A stretch of DNA of 64,000 bases from a virus (IMGVR_UViG_3300037189_010507:1-64000), one strand, 5' to 3'. Numbered from the stretch's first letter, positions 15,065-24,979 are shown. Notes: generated by a model from the letters alone, not told the origin. Made by a program: numbers and translations.

Positions 15065-15566
15065 TTTGTCTCTCCTCTTCTATTTCTGAAAGAAAATCGT
15101 TGTACGCATCAAAATAACCATCTAAATTATTTAAATGAGTTTCCCAGTTTTTTACTTCTTTAGCGTCATGAATACTTTGTAAAACTTTCAACATTCTATA
15201 TGATTTTTCTGTTATTTTCCAAACTGGATTTGATTTCCGGACAGCATCCATAATGCCATTTTCAAGTTCAATAACTGTCCCCTCCAAATTCTGATCATAA
15301 AATTGATCTAAAATCAGACAACCAACCGCACAAGATGCATCAGGCTTAATTTCAGCCAAAAGGTCATAAAAAAGGTCATATGCTTTATCATTATAATCAG
15401 AATCGTAATCATAAAAACCAGAGTTTTCTCTGAGCATCTCCATAGTCTCTTCTTTATAACCTCGGTATTGACAATCTTCTCCTGGATTCATAGCCTTTTC
15501 CCCTTGATTTAGAAGATGGTTTTTAATAAAGAGATATGCCTCATAATCATTTGTTATAACTGACAT
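15054..15566 (-). CDS. Hypothetical protein (CxYR...CAVGCLI...LQxIHD family)
   Basis: Motifs CQYRG, CAVGCLI, LQSIHD. Confidence 0.7.
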   Translation of the reverse strand: MSVITNDYEAYLFIKNHLLNQGEKAMNPGEDCQYRGYKEETMEMLRENSGFYDYDSDYNDKAYDLFYDLLAEIKPDASCAVGCLILDQFYDQNLEGTVIELENGIMDAVRKSNPVWKITEKSYRMLKVLQSIHDAKEVKNWETHLNNLDGYFDAYNDFLSEIEEERQNGY

Positions 15567-15567
15567 T

Positions 15568-15765
15568 TTAATCCTCATCATCCATATCTACTTCAACTTC
15601 TTCACCCTCTATGACAGAAAAGAAGCTATCCAAAAATGTTTTTAATGAATTAGCACTTGTTCCTTTCAAATCAGCCTCCAATTGGGCAAGAATAAATTCA
15701 CTAATATTCTTGTCCTTAGGAATTTGGGCAATATAATTACCTACTACGAAGTATTGCTTGATCAT
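15568..15765 (-). CDS. Hypothetical protein
   Basis: ORF in co-directional run. Confidence 0.55.
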   Translation of the reverse strand: MIKQYFVVGNYIAQIPKDKNISEFILAQLEADLKGTSANSLKTFLDSFFSVIEGEEVEVDMDDED

Positions 15766-15779
15766 TTTTATCTTTCTTT

Positions 15780-15989
15780 TTATTGTGGTTTAGGGATACA
15801 GACACGCGAACAATATGCGGAACTATTTTCTTCATAAATAATTCCTTTAATTAGTTCTCTTTTACAAGTTGGGCAAACAAAAGGAGCAGCATTTTTTAAG
15901 CCAAAAAACTTAACAGTTTTTCCTGGCAATGCCTTGCTCATATCTTTACTTTGTCCAGCAATTGGTTTTGCTGGCTTTTTACCTGCCAT
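15780..15989 (-). CDS. Small zinc-finger protein
   Basis: CPTC...YCSRVC. Confidence 0.6.
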   Translation of the reverse strand: MAGKKPAKPIAGQSKDMSKALPGKTVKFFGLKNAAPFVCPTCKRELIKGIIYEENSSAYCSRVCIPKPQ

Positions 15990-15990
15990 A

Positions 15991-16482
15991 TTATTCTCCT
16001 ATTTTTTCTGTTAATGTGAATGAAGTCTCGAACTCAATTTTTGATTCTCTGAGAAACGCTCTGATTTCTTTTTCAGTAACTAAATTGTCTCTATAGCCCT
16101 TAGTATGTTCTTGAGAATAATTCTTAGCAATTCTTTTAGCCCAAACGCTCTCTGATTCAGTAGAGACATTTGTAGTCAATCCAAAATGCTTTAGAACAAT
16201 CTTAGGAGTGAGATATTCTTTAGTTGATTTCTCACCATCCCAAATGCTGTACAGATAGAAATTGTCATACTTTTCAAAAAACTTCCAGCGAGCATAAAAG
16301 TCAGGTGCATTCTTATAATTAATGCATCCAATACCTAAAGCCATAGTACCAAAGATCAATGCTTTTGTTTCAGCATTTACATCTTCATATTCTTCTACTG
16401 TACCTTCTCTATACTTAATCCAAAGTGCATCTGGATTATTAATAAAATACTTTACATTTTCTGTTGACCAATTAAGTGACAT
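15991..16482 (-). CDS. Hypothetical protein
   Basis: 163 aa ORF, AAGGA RBS. Confidence 0.7.
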   Translation of the reverse strand: MSLNWSTENVKYFINNPDALWIKYREGTVEEYEDVNAETKALIFGTMALGIGCINYKNAPDFYARWKFFEKYDNFYLYSIWDGEKSTKEYLTPKIVLKHFGLTTNVSTESESVWAKRIAKNYSQEHTKGYRDNLVTEKEIRAFLRESKIEFETSFTLTEKIGE

Positions 16483-16641
16483 TGTTATTCCTTTTCTATT
16501 GTTTTTCTGCTTGTGTGAAGAAATCTCTGTTTTTGATTTCTCCGTGTATTAACATATCTCTAGCAATTTCTTGTGCTACAAGTTCTTCTTCTGCTTCAAC
16601 ATCTACTGTTGTCCAAATCGTTACCCTGTAAGTGTTCATAA

Positions 16642-16986
16642 TTATAAAGCCATTCTTTTAATCTTGTTTATTTCTTCCATTAATGAATCAGGAACATCTG
16701 TATCATTTCCTTCATCATCAACACCACCAAAAAATACAACACTTCCAGCAATATAATCTCCAAGCAAAATTACTTGCCCTGAGTTATACCACAATTCAGT
16801 AGCAAACTTATTTTCATCTAACCCAACAAGTTTACTCTCTTCATTGCAATAACAAAAGTATGGCTTATCACCAAAGCTAACTGCTTCAATATATCCATCT
16901 ACAATTGCACACAATTTTTGATAATTGCCTTCATAATTGAATTCTTCAATTTCACCATCTGTATGTAGCACTAATCCCTTAGTCAT
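16642..16986 (-). CDS. DUF3846-like protein
   Basis: VDGYIEAV...YCNEESK...N..AT...DYIAGSVVFFG. Confidence 0.75.
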   Translation of the reverse strand: MTKGLVLHTDGEIEEFNYEGNYQKLCAIVDGYIEAVSFGDKPYFCYCNEESKLVGLDENKFATELWYNSGQVILLGDYIAGSVVFFGGVDDEGNDTDVPDSLMEEINKIKRMAL

Positions 16987-17416
16987 TTACTTCTCTTGTC
17001 TCTATGTATTTAACAACTTGATCAATGATATCTAATAAGTTTCCTTCAACAAAATCGAGATGGTCATATGTATCTTCACCTAATGTTGGATCATAATTAT
17101 GAGTTACATCATAAGCAGTAAACCAAGGATTATAATCCCATTCAAAACGAGCTAAATTATTATTGTAATCCTTATCCGTTTCAATTCCAAGGTCCATAAA
17201 ATCCCATAATTCAGTAATGATATGTTCTTTACCAGTTCTGTCGTTATATCTAAGTTTCATTTCTCCATCACAAGAAATTAAAACTTTCTTTCCATTACCA
17301 GTTATATGACAAACTGGGCTATGTCCATAGCCTTCACAATAGAAAAAATCTGACATTTGATTTGGCAACACATCTTGTAGCCATTCAACATCATATTTAA
17401 AATTTGGAATCTTCAT
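16979..17416 (-). CDS. Hypothetical protein
   Basis: Coupled ORF. Confidence 0.65.
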   Translation of the reverse strand: MKIPNFKYDVEWLQDVLPNQMSDFFYCEGYGHSPVCHITGNGKKVLISCDGEMKLRYNDRTGKEHIITELWDFMDLGIETDKDYNNNLARFEWDYNPWFTAYDVTHNYDPTLGEDTYDHLDFVEGNLLDIIDQVVKYIETREVND

Positions 17417-17417
17417 G

Positions 17418-17825
17418 TTAGTATAATCCTAACTCTTCTCGTTGTTCTTCTGTAACAATTGTTAATGTTGTATTGCTGCCCATTGGGGCATCGTGATGTG
17501 AAAGTGAATAATTAATGTAATCATTAAATACTTCTCCAGACATCATCCATTCACTATTCACTGTCATACCTTTAATTAATTCTTTTACATTATCTGCAAA
17601 GAAATAACCACTGCTTTCTCCATCCCATAAACGAATGTTAGAAACTTTCCACCAATTTGTTTCATTTTCATAAAACAAATCTTTAGTTATTTCTTTAAAG
17701 TCATCAAGAACATATTCCCAACAATCACCCCAGCAATCAGGTGATGGAATTGATTCTTCTGTTTCTTCATCATAATATTCACAAGTACAATTATTTGTGT
17801 ACTCAAACTTAATTCCTGTTTTCAT
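17418..17825 (-). CDS. Hypothetical protein
   Basis: GGAG RBS; SHHDAP motif. Confidence 0.65.
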   Translation of the reverse strand: MKTGIKFEYTNNCTCEYYDEETEESIPSPDCWGDCWEYVLDDFKEITKDLFYENETNWWKVSNIRLWDGESSGYFFADNVKELIKGMTVNSEWMMSGEVFNDYINYSLSHHDAPMGSNTTLTIVTEEQREELGLY

Positions 17826-17984
17826 ACTTCTCCATTTTAATTTTACAAGGCTGACAAGTCATTGGATGAACAATATGTCCATTCTGATATCCAATATAAC
17901 CAAGATCTTGATACATAGGCAATTCGCAAAAATAGCATATAAAAAAATCAGGTTGCATTTCTTCGTAAATAAGTTCGTCTGTTT

Positions 17985-18197
17985 TCATTTCATTTCCCCT
18001 ACTGGTTCATTAATATATATTTCTACCCATTCACCATCTAATGGCAAATTTGATTCTTTGTTTTCAAAAACAGTTGCAGTTGATTTATGACCCCAACCAT
18101 TATCATTATTCCAATATTCAGATTCCCAATAACTTGGATGATTTGGAAAAGCTAATTTTGGAGTTCCAATTCTATGAATTGTATATTTGACTAACAT
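17985..18197 (-). CDS. Hypothetical protein
   Basis: ORF in co-directional run. Confidence 0.55.
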   Translation of the reverse strand: MLVKYTIHRIGTPKLAFPNHPSYWESEYWNNDNGWGHKSTATVFENKESNLPLDGEWVEIYINEPVGEMK

Positions 18198-18338
18198 ATT
18201 ACTTACTTGCTTTCAACATTTCGCTTAACTTTTTATAAATAACTAACCATGAGTCATTATCATGATCATCATTTTCAATTGATCTCATTATCAATTTTAT
18301 TTGTTCAGCAGTAAGATAAACACTAAATACTTTTTGCA

Positions 18339-18590
18339 TTAGTAGTTCTCTCCATTTTCATCTTCTATAATTAAATCGTGAATATCTACTTGATGACCCC
18401 AACCACAACCAAAATCTTCTTTTGCCTGATTAGTAATCTTTTCAAGAATGTCATCAAATTCAATGTTTAATTCGCCATCGTTAGCGCGATTATCTTCTAA
18501 AAGCTGCTCATAGGCAATTTCAGTATCATATGTAATAACTTTAATCACATTGATACGCTTAGGCCATTCTTCATTAAATTCATTTGCCAT
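18339..18590 (-). CDS. Hypothetical protein
   Basis: Acidic ORF overlapping upstream stop. Confidence 0.6.
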   Translation of the reverse strand: MANEFNEEWPKRINVIKVITYDTEIAYEQLLEDNRANDGELNIEFDDILEKITNQAKEDFGCGWGHQVDIHDLIIEDENGENY

Positions 18591-19026
18591 TTTGTGCACT
18601 CTTATAAAGCCAATCTAATCTGCTATCCCAATCTGAATTAGCTAAATCAAGTTTTTCTTGCTCTTTGTGACTTACCTGATTGTAAATATGAGAAGCTTCC
18701 TTAAGATTAGCCAAGTCTTTCTCTGTTAGATTCAACTTTGACAAATCAGAAATCAATTTGTCAACTTGATTTTGACCTCTAGACCAAACTGAATGGTCAT
18801 CACTGTAATGATAATACCAATCAATTCTTCTCATTCTTCCAATTAATTCCATTGCATCATCCATTTCTTTATCGATGACATTATAATAGTCAAAGTCTTC
18901 AACAATGTCATCAGGTTCTAAATCCCAATTTCTTTCAACAAAGTCTTTTGGATCTTCACCTTCTTCACACTCGACAATATAAATTTCTACTTTGTTATAG
19001 TGTTTTTCTACTCTGTACTTTTTCAT
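18580..19026 (-). CDS. Hypothetical two-domain protein; N-terminus similar to 19035..19235
   Basis: YRVEKHY..EIY.V...EPD.I..FD.Y shared; DWYYHYSDD motif. Confidence 0.7.
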   Translation of the reverse strand: MKKYRVEKHYNKVEIYIVECEEGEDPKDFVERNWDLEPDDIVEDFDYYNVIDKEMDDAMELIGRMRRIDWYYHYSDDHSVWSRGQNQVDKLISDLSKLNLTEKDLANLKEASHIYNQVSHKEQEKLDLANSDWDSRLDWLYKSAQNGK

Positions 19027-19034
19027 TGCTTTCT

Positions 19035-19235
19035 CTAATCTTTTCTGTCAGTATCCATATTATTCAACATCCTTACTTTGGATGCATCATAATGATCAAA
19101 TTCTTTAATAATGTTATCTGGTTCTTGACCAAATTCAATATCATCTACCATCTCAATTGCGGCTCTTTCACTTACTGCATTCACGTAGTAAATTTCAGAG
19201 TAATGATAATGTTTAAATACAGCATATTCGCTCAT
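19035..19235 (-). CDS. Hypothetical protein
   Basis: YAVFKHY..EIYYV...EPDNIIKEFDHY. Confidence 0.6.
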   Translation of the reverse strand: MSEYAVFKHYHYSEIYYVNAVSERAAIEMVDDIEFGQEPDNIIKEFDHYDASKVRMLNNMDTDRKD

Positions 19236-19369
19236 CGATATCCCCAATCTATTTTATATCCTGTTTCTATTACTTGTACAATTTGATCAATACATTCACC
19301 ATCACTAAGGTCTTCACCCGGCGTTTGTAGAATCTCAATAATTCTTTCAATAATAACTCTATCTTCCAT
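19232..19369 (-). CDS. Hypothetical protein
   Basis: AAGGAG RBS before MEDRV. Confidence 0.5.
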   Translation of the reverse strand: MEDRVIIERIIEILQTPGEDLSDGECIDQIVQVIETGYKIDWGYR

Positions 19370-19370
19370 T

Positions 19371-19607
19371 TTATTTATTCTCCTTATGTAGAATTGCAAA
19401 TGTTGTAGATAACTGTGCGTGAATTTGTGCTTCAACCAATGTGAAAGGCGTTGTGTTATAAAATACACCTTTCTGTGGTTTCATTGAAAGCATTAACTGA
19501 CTTGCACAATCAGCGTGAAAGTTAGCCAATGCCTCATAATTTCCTGTTTCTAAATAGTGATCATGAACTTCAATATCTTCTTCTGACCAACTCATTAATG
19601 TTCTCAT
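19371..19607 (-). CDS. Hypothetical protein
   Basis: ORF with RBS. Confidence 0.6.
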   Translation of the reverse strand: MRTLMSWSEEDIEVHDHYLETGNYEALANFHADCASQLMLSMKPQKGVFYNTTPFTLVEAQIHAQLSTTFAILHKENK

Positions 19608-19622
19608 TTTTATTTCTTTCTA

Positions 19623-20039
19623 TTAAAATTGACGGGTATCAAAGTCATCTTTTGTATGGAATGCTAAAGTAAAACTTCCATTGTCTTCATCTGGTAGTTG
19701 AACTTCAATAATATTCAACCACCAATCATTAGCTTTATCACTTACAACAATTTGAATATCATCATTAACTAATGACAAGATTTCTTTTAATTCTTTTACT
19801 GTAATTGTTGGTTTAAAATCCTCTGTTTTAGTTAGAAACTTTTCTTCTAGTTTATTAAACCATTCAGCGTATTCATAAATCCATTCATCAAATGAACCAT
19901 TAAAAGGATAATTATCTGCTGTCTCTTCATTATCTTTGTGTTCTAATTTTTCCCAAGCATGAGTCAAATTCATAATTGGTTCCCAAAGAGAACCAGCAGC
20001 TTTTATAAATTCTTTTCTTGAATTATATCTGTCTGTCAT
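19623..20039 (-). CDS. Hypothetical protein
   Basis: AAAGGA RBS. Confidence 0.65.
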   Translation of the reverse strand: MTDRYNSRKEFIKAAGSLWEPIMNLTHAWEKLEHKDNEETADNYPFNGSFDEWIYEYAEWFNKLEEKFLTKTEDFKPTITVKELKEILSLVNDDIQIVVSDKANDWWLNIIEVQLPDEDNGSFTLAFHTKDDFDTRQF

Positions 20040-20125
20040 TTGTTTCCTTTATTTGTTTTGGGGATATAAAAAGAGACTGGCTACCGTTAGTAGTATCCAA
20101 TGCCTAACGATAACCAGTCTCTTAG

Positions 20126-20198
20126 CGCTTTCAGTAAGATTCGAACTTACAACCTACTGATTAGAAGTCAGTTGCTCTATCCATTGAGCTATGAAAGC
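20126..20198 (-). tRNA. trnR: tRNA-Arg (anticodon UCU)
   Basis: GCTTTCA/TGAAAGC acceptor; ACTGA-CTTCTAA-TCAGT anticodon arm; GTTCGAATC T-loop; no encoded CCA. Confidence 0.9.
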
Positions 20199-20344
20199 AT
20201 AAAGGTATATAAGTTATTTTTACCCGCATATATACCAGATACGGGGTTATTAGGTAATAACTTAACCTATTTTAATATAATGATTATTTTTCGGCGCATT
20301 TATATTAGACACGCTTTTCTGTGGTAATAACCTAACCACTATAT

Positions 20345-20866
20345 TCACACTTTGAAACCCCAGTTACCAAATCCACCACCATAATACAGAAGATATTTAG
20401 CAACTTTAATATTACATCTTGATTTTAGGAGAACTGTCATATCCCCCCAACGCTTTCCACAAACTATTTGTGTTACCGTTGTCCAAGATGAATTGATTTG
20501 CAATAAACCAGAGTCATAAGAACTAATTGCATTACACTTCTTGTAGGTATTAGCTGGGGCTAATATACAATTCTTATGTGACTTACCTTTCTTATAATTC
20601 CAACCAATTGCCTTAGGTTGACACCTAGATTCTCTCCACATAATATATGAAAAGATTTGTACAGGCAATCCTTCATCTTTAATCATTTGATGATATTTAG
20701 GACACCTATATTTTTGATCTTTTGGTATTTGTCTTTTTACCAAAGATATTTGTTGTTTTAATTCCTGTTCACTTATTTGTTCAGCCTGAACAGAATGGGC
20801 AGCAATACTGCTACCTAAGCTGATTATCAAAGTAATTGATAATAATCGTTTTATAAACCTAGACAT
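20345..20866 (-). CDS. Secreted lytic transglycosylase (SLT-like)
   Basis: Signal peptide; IMWRESRC catalytic Glu; DSGLLQIN; C-terminal W. Confidence 0.8.
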   Translation of the reverse strand: MSRFIKRLLSITLIISLGSSIAAHSVQAEQISEQELKQQISLVKRQIPKDQKYRCPKYHQMIKDEGLPVQIFSYIMWRESRCQPKAIGWNYKKGKSHKNCILAPANTYKKCNAISSYDSGLLQINSSWTTVTQIVCGKRWGDMTVLLKSRCNIKVAKYLLYYGGGFGNWGFKV

Positions 20867-21064
20867 ATTTCGCTCCTTTAGTTGTTGGGTTTACGATTCT
20901 GTTATACACAGATAACGCATTAGCATAAGCTAAGGTTGCGAAACGAGGTCATAGCATATTTATCTACAATTCAATGCTCACTCGCTTCACTTGCATTTAT
21001 TCATAGGCATCACCTTTCCTTAAAAAAACAGATAAATACAATTATATCACTTAATGCAATATAG

Positions 21065-21138
21065 TGCCGAATATAGGAATTGAACCTATTCAAAAAACTT
21101 ATAAGGTTTTCTCCGTCAAACCGTTCGGACCATTCGGC
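21065..21138 (-). tRNA. trnI: tRNA-Ile (anticodon UAU), slightly non-canonical
   Basis: GCCGAAT/ATTCGGC acceptor, discriminator A; AAAAC-CTTATAA-GTTTT; ATAGG-TTCAATT-CCTAT; G at position 8. Confidence 0.75.
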
Positions 21139-21153
21139 TAATTAATCTACATA

Positions 21154-21531
21154 TTAATCATCTTCATAATTTTCAAACATTTCGTCAATCTCTTTCATTG
21201 CTTCTAACATTTGATTTAACACTTCTCTTGCTTTATGAACATTTAGCAATGGATTATCGAGAAGATCTTCTCTAGCAATAGCATAATCCATAGCATAGTC
21301 TGAAAACAATTTGTCAACAGGAGTATCAGTTGCGTGTGAAACTAATCTCATAATAGTTGCCATATGATACATTAATCCATAGATCAAACCCGGCATAAAC
21401 ATATCATCAATATTCTTTTCATCATCTTTGAATGACTCCAATATTTTTTCCATTGAATTCATATCTTCCGATATGTAAGAAGAAAATATCTGCAATGCGT
21501 AATCAGTATATAGATCATTTTTATCAGCCAT
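21154..21531 (-). CDS. Acidic hypothetical protein
   Basis: 125 aa ORF. Confidence 0.65.
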   Translation of the reverse strand: MADKNDLYTDYALQIFSSYISEDMNSMEKILESFKDDEKNIDDMFMPGLIYGLMYHMATIMRLVSHATDTPVDKLFSDYAMDYAIAREDLLDNPLLNVHKAREVLNQMLEAMKEIDEMFENYEDD

Positions 21532-21599
21532 CTCTAACCCCTAATAAAATAATTATCATAAAAGTTATAACAATAGCGATACTAAAAATACGAAACATT

Positions 21600-22166
21600 T
21601 TATATTTGTTCCTTTTTGGCAGCTAAGTGCTTTCTAAATTCTTCCATAGCTATCTTTGATGCAATGTCTGATTCTGTTGGTTTACCAAAATCATACACTT
21701 CTGCTGGCTCCCAAGTAATTTTTAAATCTCCATGCCATCTTGACATTTTATCTTCAAAAAATACAAATCGGAAATAGTCATCACTCTCTTCACCTTTGAA
21801 GGAAATATAATCTCCATCTCTTGTATACCCAGCAAAACATTGCAAGAAGTATTCTTCATTGCCGACCTTACTGCAATAAGAAAGATTGATCAAATTACCA
21901 TCTTCATCTAGTTCCCATTCAAAACCCAACTGTTGCAAAATATCAAACATATTCTTACAAGTTTCTGGATAGTTATGTTCCATCCAAGAGAACCACTTAT
22001 CTCTTGGATATCTTTCACCTTCAACATTATCATTATTTCCGCCAAATGAACCACCACGCTTCAATTCGTGAAAATCATTTAGTTCACACATTTTTTTATA
22101 AATAGCATCAAAATGCTTTTTATCTACAAAAATGTCAACTTCTTCTGTGTTTACATAGTATCCCAT
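21600..22166 (-). CDS. Hypothetical protein
   Basis: 188 aa ORF with strong purine-rich RBS. Confidence 0.7.
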   Translation of the reverse strand: MGYYVNTEEVDIFVDKKHFDAIYKKMCELNDFHELKRGGSFGGNNDNVEGERYPRDKWFSWMEHNYPETCKNMFDILQQLGFEWELDEDGNLINLSYCSKVGNEEYFLQCFAGYTRDGDYISFKGEESDDYFRFVFFEDKMSRWHGDLKITWEPAEVYDFGKPTESDIASKIAMEEFRKHLAAKKEQI

Positions 22167-22207
22167 TTTTATTTCTTTTCCTTTTTTTTTATTTTGATAA
22201 CCCTTTA

Positions 22208-22279
22208 TGGGCTAGCAATTTAGTCACCTAATGCTACACCACCATTTTTTTTGCTAAATGCAAATGAAAATTGAGTATG
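22208..22279 (+). repeat. Remote degenerate copy of the array element
   Basis: TGGGCTAGCA...TGCTACACCACC ends 22243; TTGAGTATGTGCT at 22271 (+28), same 13-mer as at 8590. Confidence 0.5.
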
Positions 22280-22304
22280 TGCTAGAACAACCATTGCTTA
22301 GTTT

Positions 22305-22745
22305 TTAAATTTTTTGACTTACTATTTCAGTTGTGTATTTATTAAATTTGTCCACATATTTGTCCCATCCATTTTGATGAACAGAAACATGACAGTTATG
22401 ACATAGCAAAATAAGATTCGTATAATCATCTTCACCACCATTTGATACTGGAACAATATGATGAACTTGAGCACGAATTGTTTCTACTTCTTTGTTGCAT
22501 AGACGACATACTAAGTCATCCCTATTTCTAATATAATTTCTTAATTCTTCATTTACTCCGTGTCTAAAAGTTCCTTTTTCAATCTTCTTTTGTGTTTTTT
22601 TATAATTATGATGCTTTACTTTTTCATCAATAACTTCTTTACACAAGTTATCTCCACACCATCTTTTTCTTCTATGAAAAGTTGTTTGTGGAATATAAAA
22701 TGAATTCAGACAGCCAGCGCAAATAACCTTTCTATTGTTACTCAC
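22305..22745 (-). CDS. HNH endonuclease
   Basis: RDDLVCRLC...VHHIVPVSNGG...NLILLCHNCH. Confidence 0.9.
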   Translation of the reverse strand: MSNNRKVICAGCLNSFYIPQTTFHRRKRWCGDNLCKEVIDEKVKHHNYKKTQKKIEKGTFRHGVNEELRNYIRNRDDLVCRLCNKEVETIRAQVHHIVPVSNGGEDDYTNLILLCHNCHVSVHQNGWDKYVDKFNKYTTEIVSQKI

Positions 22746-23029
22746 AATTCTATTCCAATTTTCTCAAGTGGAGAACCACTCTTAATTTCTCCAATATTTT
22801 TGTATGGATACCTTAATTTAATTTCTTTTGAAAAAGCTGATCCAACAGAATCAGCTTTTAAAACACTTAAAATATCAAACATTGACACATCGTTATAAAT
22901 ACACGATTGATCATTATCAAAAATGACTCCAAGTAAACTCTTATCACCATCATTGTGATAATGCATATACTTAATCATAGATGAATCAATATCTGACCAA
23001 ATGATGTTTACAACACCACTCTTATTCAA
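22742..23029 (-). CDS. KTSC-domain protein
   Basis: DSSMI...Y...L.V.F...Y.DV...ADSVGSAF...IK. Confidence 0.7.
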   Translation of the reverse strand: MNKSGVVNIIWSDIDSSMIKYMHYHNDGDKSLLGVIFDNDQSCIYNDVSMFDILSVLKADSVGSAFSKEIKLRYPYKNIGEIKSGSPLEKIGIEL

Positions 23030-23339
23030 TGTCCTTTCCTTTCTCTATATCTTCTGGCGTTAGCCCTTTTGCAACCAAATCTGTATGATAAGCAATATTC
23101 TTTGTTATCTCTCTAGATGTTGCTGAATTTGGATTGTAAAAGAATTCTTTTACATACCCCGATGAATTTGAATCAGTTGAATATAAGAATATTCGCGCAT
23201 TCCAATTGTCAGGTTTAAAACCAAACTGATTTTGAAATACTTGTCCCGCCATTGAAACCGCTTCTTGAACAGAACCTACAGAATCAATTTTAATTGGGAA
23301 CCTATATTCAACAATGAAATATTCATTATGCTTAGGCAA
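23022..23339 (-). CDS. Hypothetical protein
   Basis: GGAG RBS; coupled ORF. Confidence 0.65.
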   Translation of the reverse strand: MPKHNEYFIVEYRFPIKIDSVGSVQEAVSMAGQVFQNQFGFKPDNWNARIFLYSTDSNSSGYVKEFFYNPNSATSREITKNIAYHTDLVAKGLTPEDIEKGKDIE

Positions 23340-23516
23340 TTAATACTCCTATCATTATTATTGCGTATGCAATAAGCATAAAAAACAAAATGGGTAATGC
23401 AATGATAAATAAAAAGATACATATCATTGCTAAAGCTGAACAGTACAAAAAATGCATAAAGCAACTTTCTTCTAGGCTAGAAGAAAGTCTATACCGAACT
23501 CAACCAAAATGTCTTG

Positions 23517-24950
23517 TTACTTATTCGTTAGTTTATAAATTTTGCAGATTAGTTTAGCGATTTTGTCATCTGCTACGTCCCTAAACATTCTACCGACCAT
23601 ATCTCCATCACTAATTCCAGTAGAATAGTGATCCCATTCGTGAACAATAGTACCAATCATTTTTTCAATACTTGTTTTGAATACTGTCTCTTCGTTAATA
23701 AGAATGATTTTCTTCTTATCTCCATCCTCATTAATATCTACAGTCATTGCTAAGACCATATCTTCTTCATCAAATGGCGTATAAAATCCAACCTTATCCT
23801 TGATTTCAACTACTTCTGGAAATACAGATATTACCATATCTAAAGCTTGAGCTACCATAGGATAATTTTCAATATTAAAATGGTAATTATATTTTAGAGA
23901 TTCCCCAAAAATATCATCAACACAAGAAATACCTAATCTTCTCATAAAAGAATAAACACCTTCGTGGTCTACTTTTAGAGATAGGAAACCTTTTGCTTCA
24001 ATTGTTGTTAGAGCATTAATGGTAGCAAAATGTTCCATAATCATTACACTATTTGAATATTCACTATTAAACACTTCTCCCCAAAGGCTATTTTTTGTGT
24101 TTATATTTTGATAAGTATAATCAGTAATAGATTCTTTTTCGTAAAGTCTATCGCCTTCATTTTCAAAGAAATATTGAAGAATTGTACTGATCACTTCTCT
24201 ATCTTTAACACTTGATAATGATGTAAGAATTTTATAATTCATAGAGAAATTCCCATCGACAGTTCTATCTTCATTCAAATCAAGATTGCTAATATCATAA
24301 TCAAACATACCTGGAAGATTTTCTCCACCATAATTATTAACTGATTTTTCTGAAGTAAAGACAAGAATACCCTTGCAATAAACTCTAAACGAATCATCAA
24401 TAGGTTCGTAAAGTTTAAACCAACTATCTGAATAGATTGGCTCCCTGTTTACACAAAAATACTTATTAAAGTTTTTATGAATTTCTAGCAGCTCATCAGT
24501 AGCAGTAATATAAACAGAAAACTCACCGGGAACTGGAACAAATTCATCAACATCTACTATTTCAATATCCCAACCATTGCCATTAAGAGTATCTTCATCA
24601 ATGGCATTAGATACTACTTCACGATAAATTTGAAACTCATCTTTCCAAGAAAGCACACCTGCATCTGCAGAAAAAGATGAAGGCTTTTCATAATCTTGAT
24701 ACTTATAAAATACGGAAGGAATTCCTTCATCATCTTTAATGATGTATTCTAAGACATAATTGCCCTTACTATCCTCTCCTGTAAATGCCCACCTCATTCC
24801 TTTGCGAATTGCAGCAATTGGAGCAAACTTAATTCCAGAACCAAACTGACCAATTGTCTGATCATTATCCCGTTTTGTTGACATACCTAATTTCTCAAGT
24901 GATAGTCTGTTTACATTGCTTACATAATTTGTTACTTTAATGTATTTCAT
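23517..24950 (-). CDS. GHKL-type ATPase-like protein with C-terminal HExxH motif
   Basis: LGMSTK...IGQFGSGIK, YREVVSNAIDE; C-terminal IVHEWDHY. Confidence 0.65.
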   Translation of the reverse strand: MKYIKVTNYVSNVNRLSLEKLGMSTKRDNDQTIGQFGSGIKFAPIAAIRKGMRWAFTGEDSKGNYVLEYIIKDDEGIPSVFYKYQDYEKPSSFSADAGVLSWKDEFQIYREVVSNAIDEDTLNGNGWDIEIVDVDEFVPVPGEFSVYITATDELLEIHKNFNKYFCVNREPIYSDSWFKLYEPIDDSFRVYCKGILVFTSEKSVNNYGGENLPGMFDYDISNLDLNEDRTVDGNFSMNYKILTSLSSVKDREVISTILQYFFENEGDRLYEKESITDYTYQNINTKNSLWGEVFNSEYSNSVMIMEHFATINALTTIEAKGFLSLKVDHEGVYSFMRRLGISCVDDIFGESLKYNYHFNIENYPMVAQALDMVISVFPEVVEIKDKVGFYTPFDEEDMVLAMTVDINEDGDKKKIILINEETVFKTSIEKMIGTIVHEWDHYSTGISDGDMVGRMFRDVADDKIAKLICKIYKLTNK

Positions 24951-24979
24951 AATATTTTTCTCTCTTTATGGGCAACATA

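Noticed and set aside
22305-22745. HNH genes (also 58723..59166) as intron-encoded mobile elements
   Set aside because: Both are free-standing between intact genes, with no interrupted host gene or intron structure visible.
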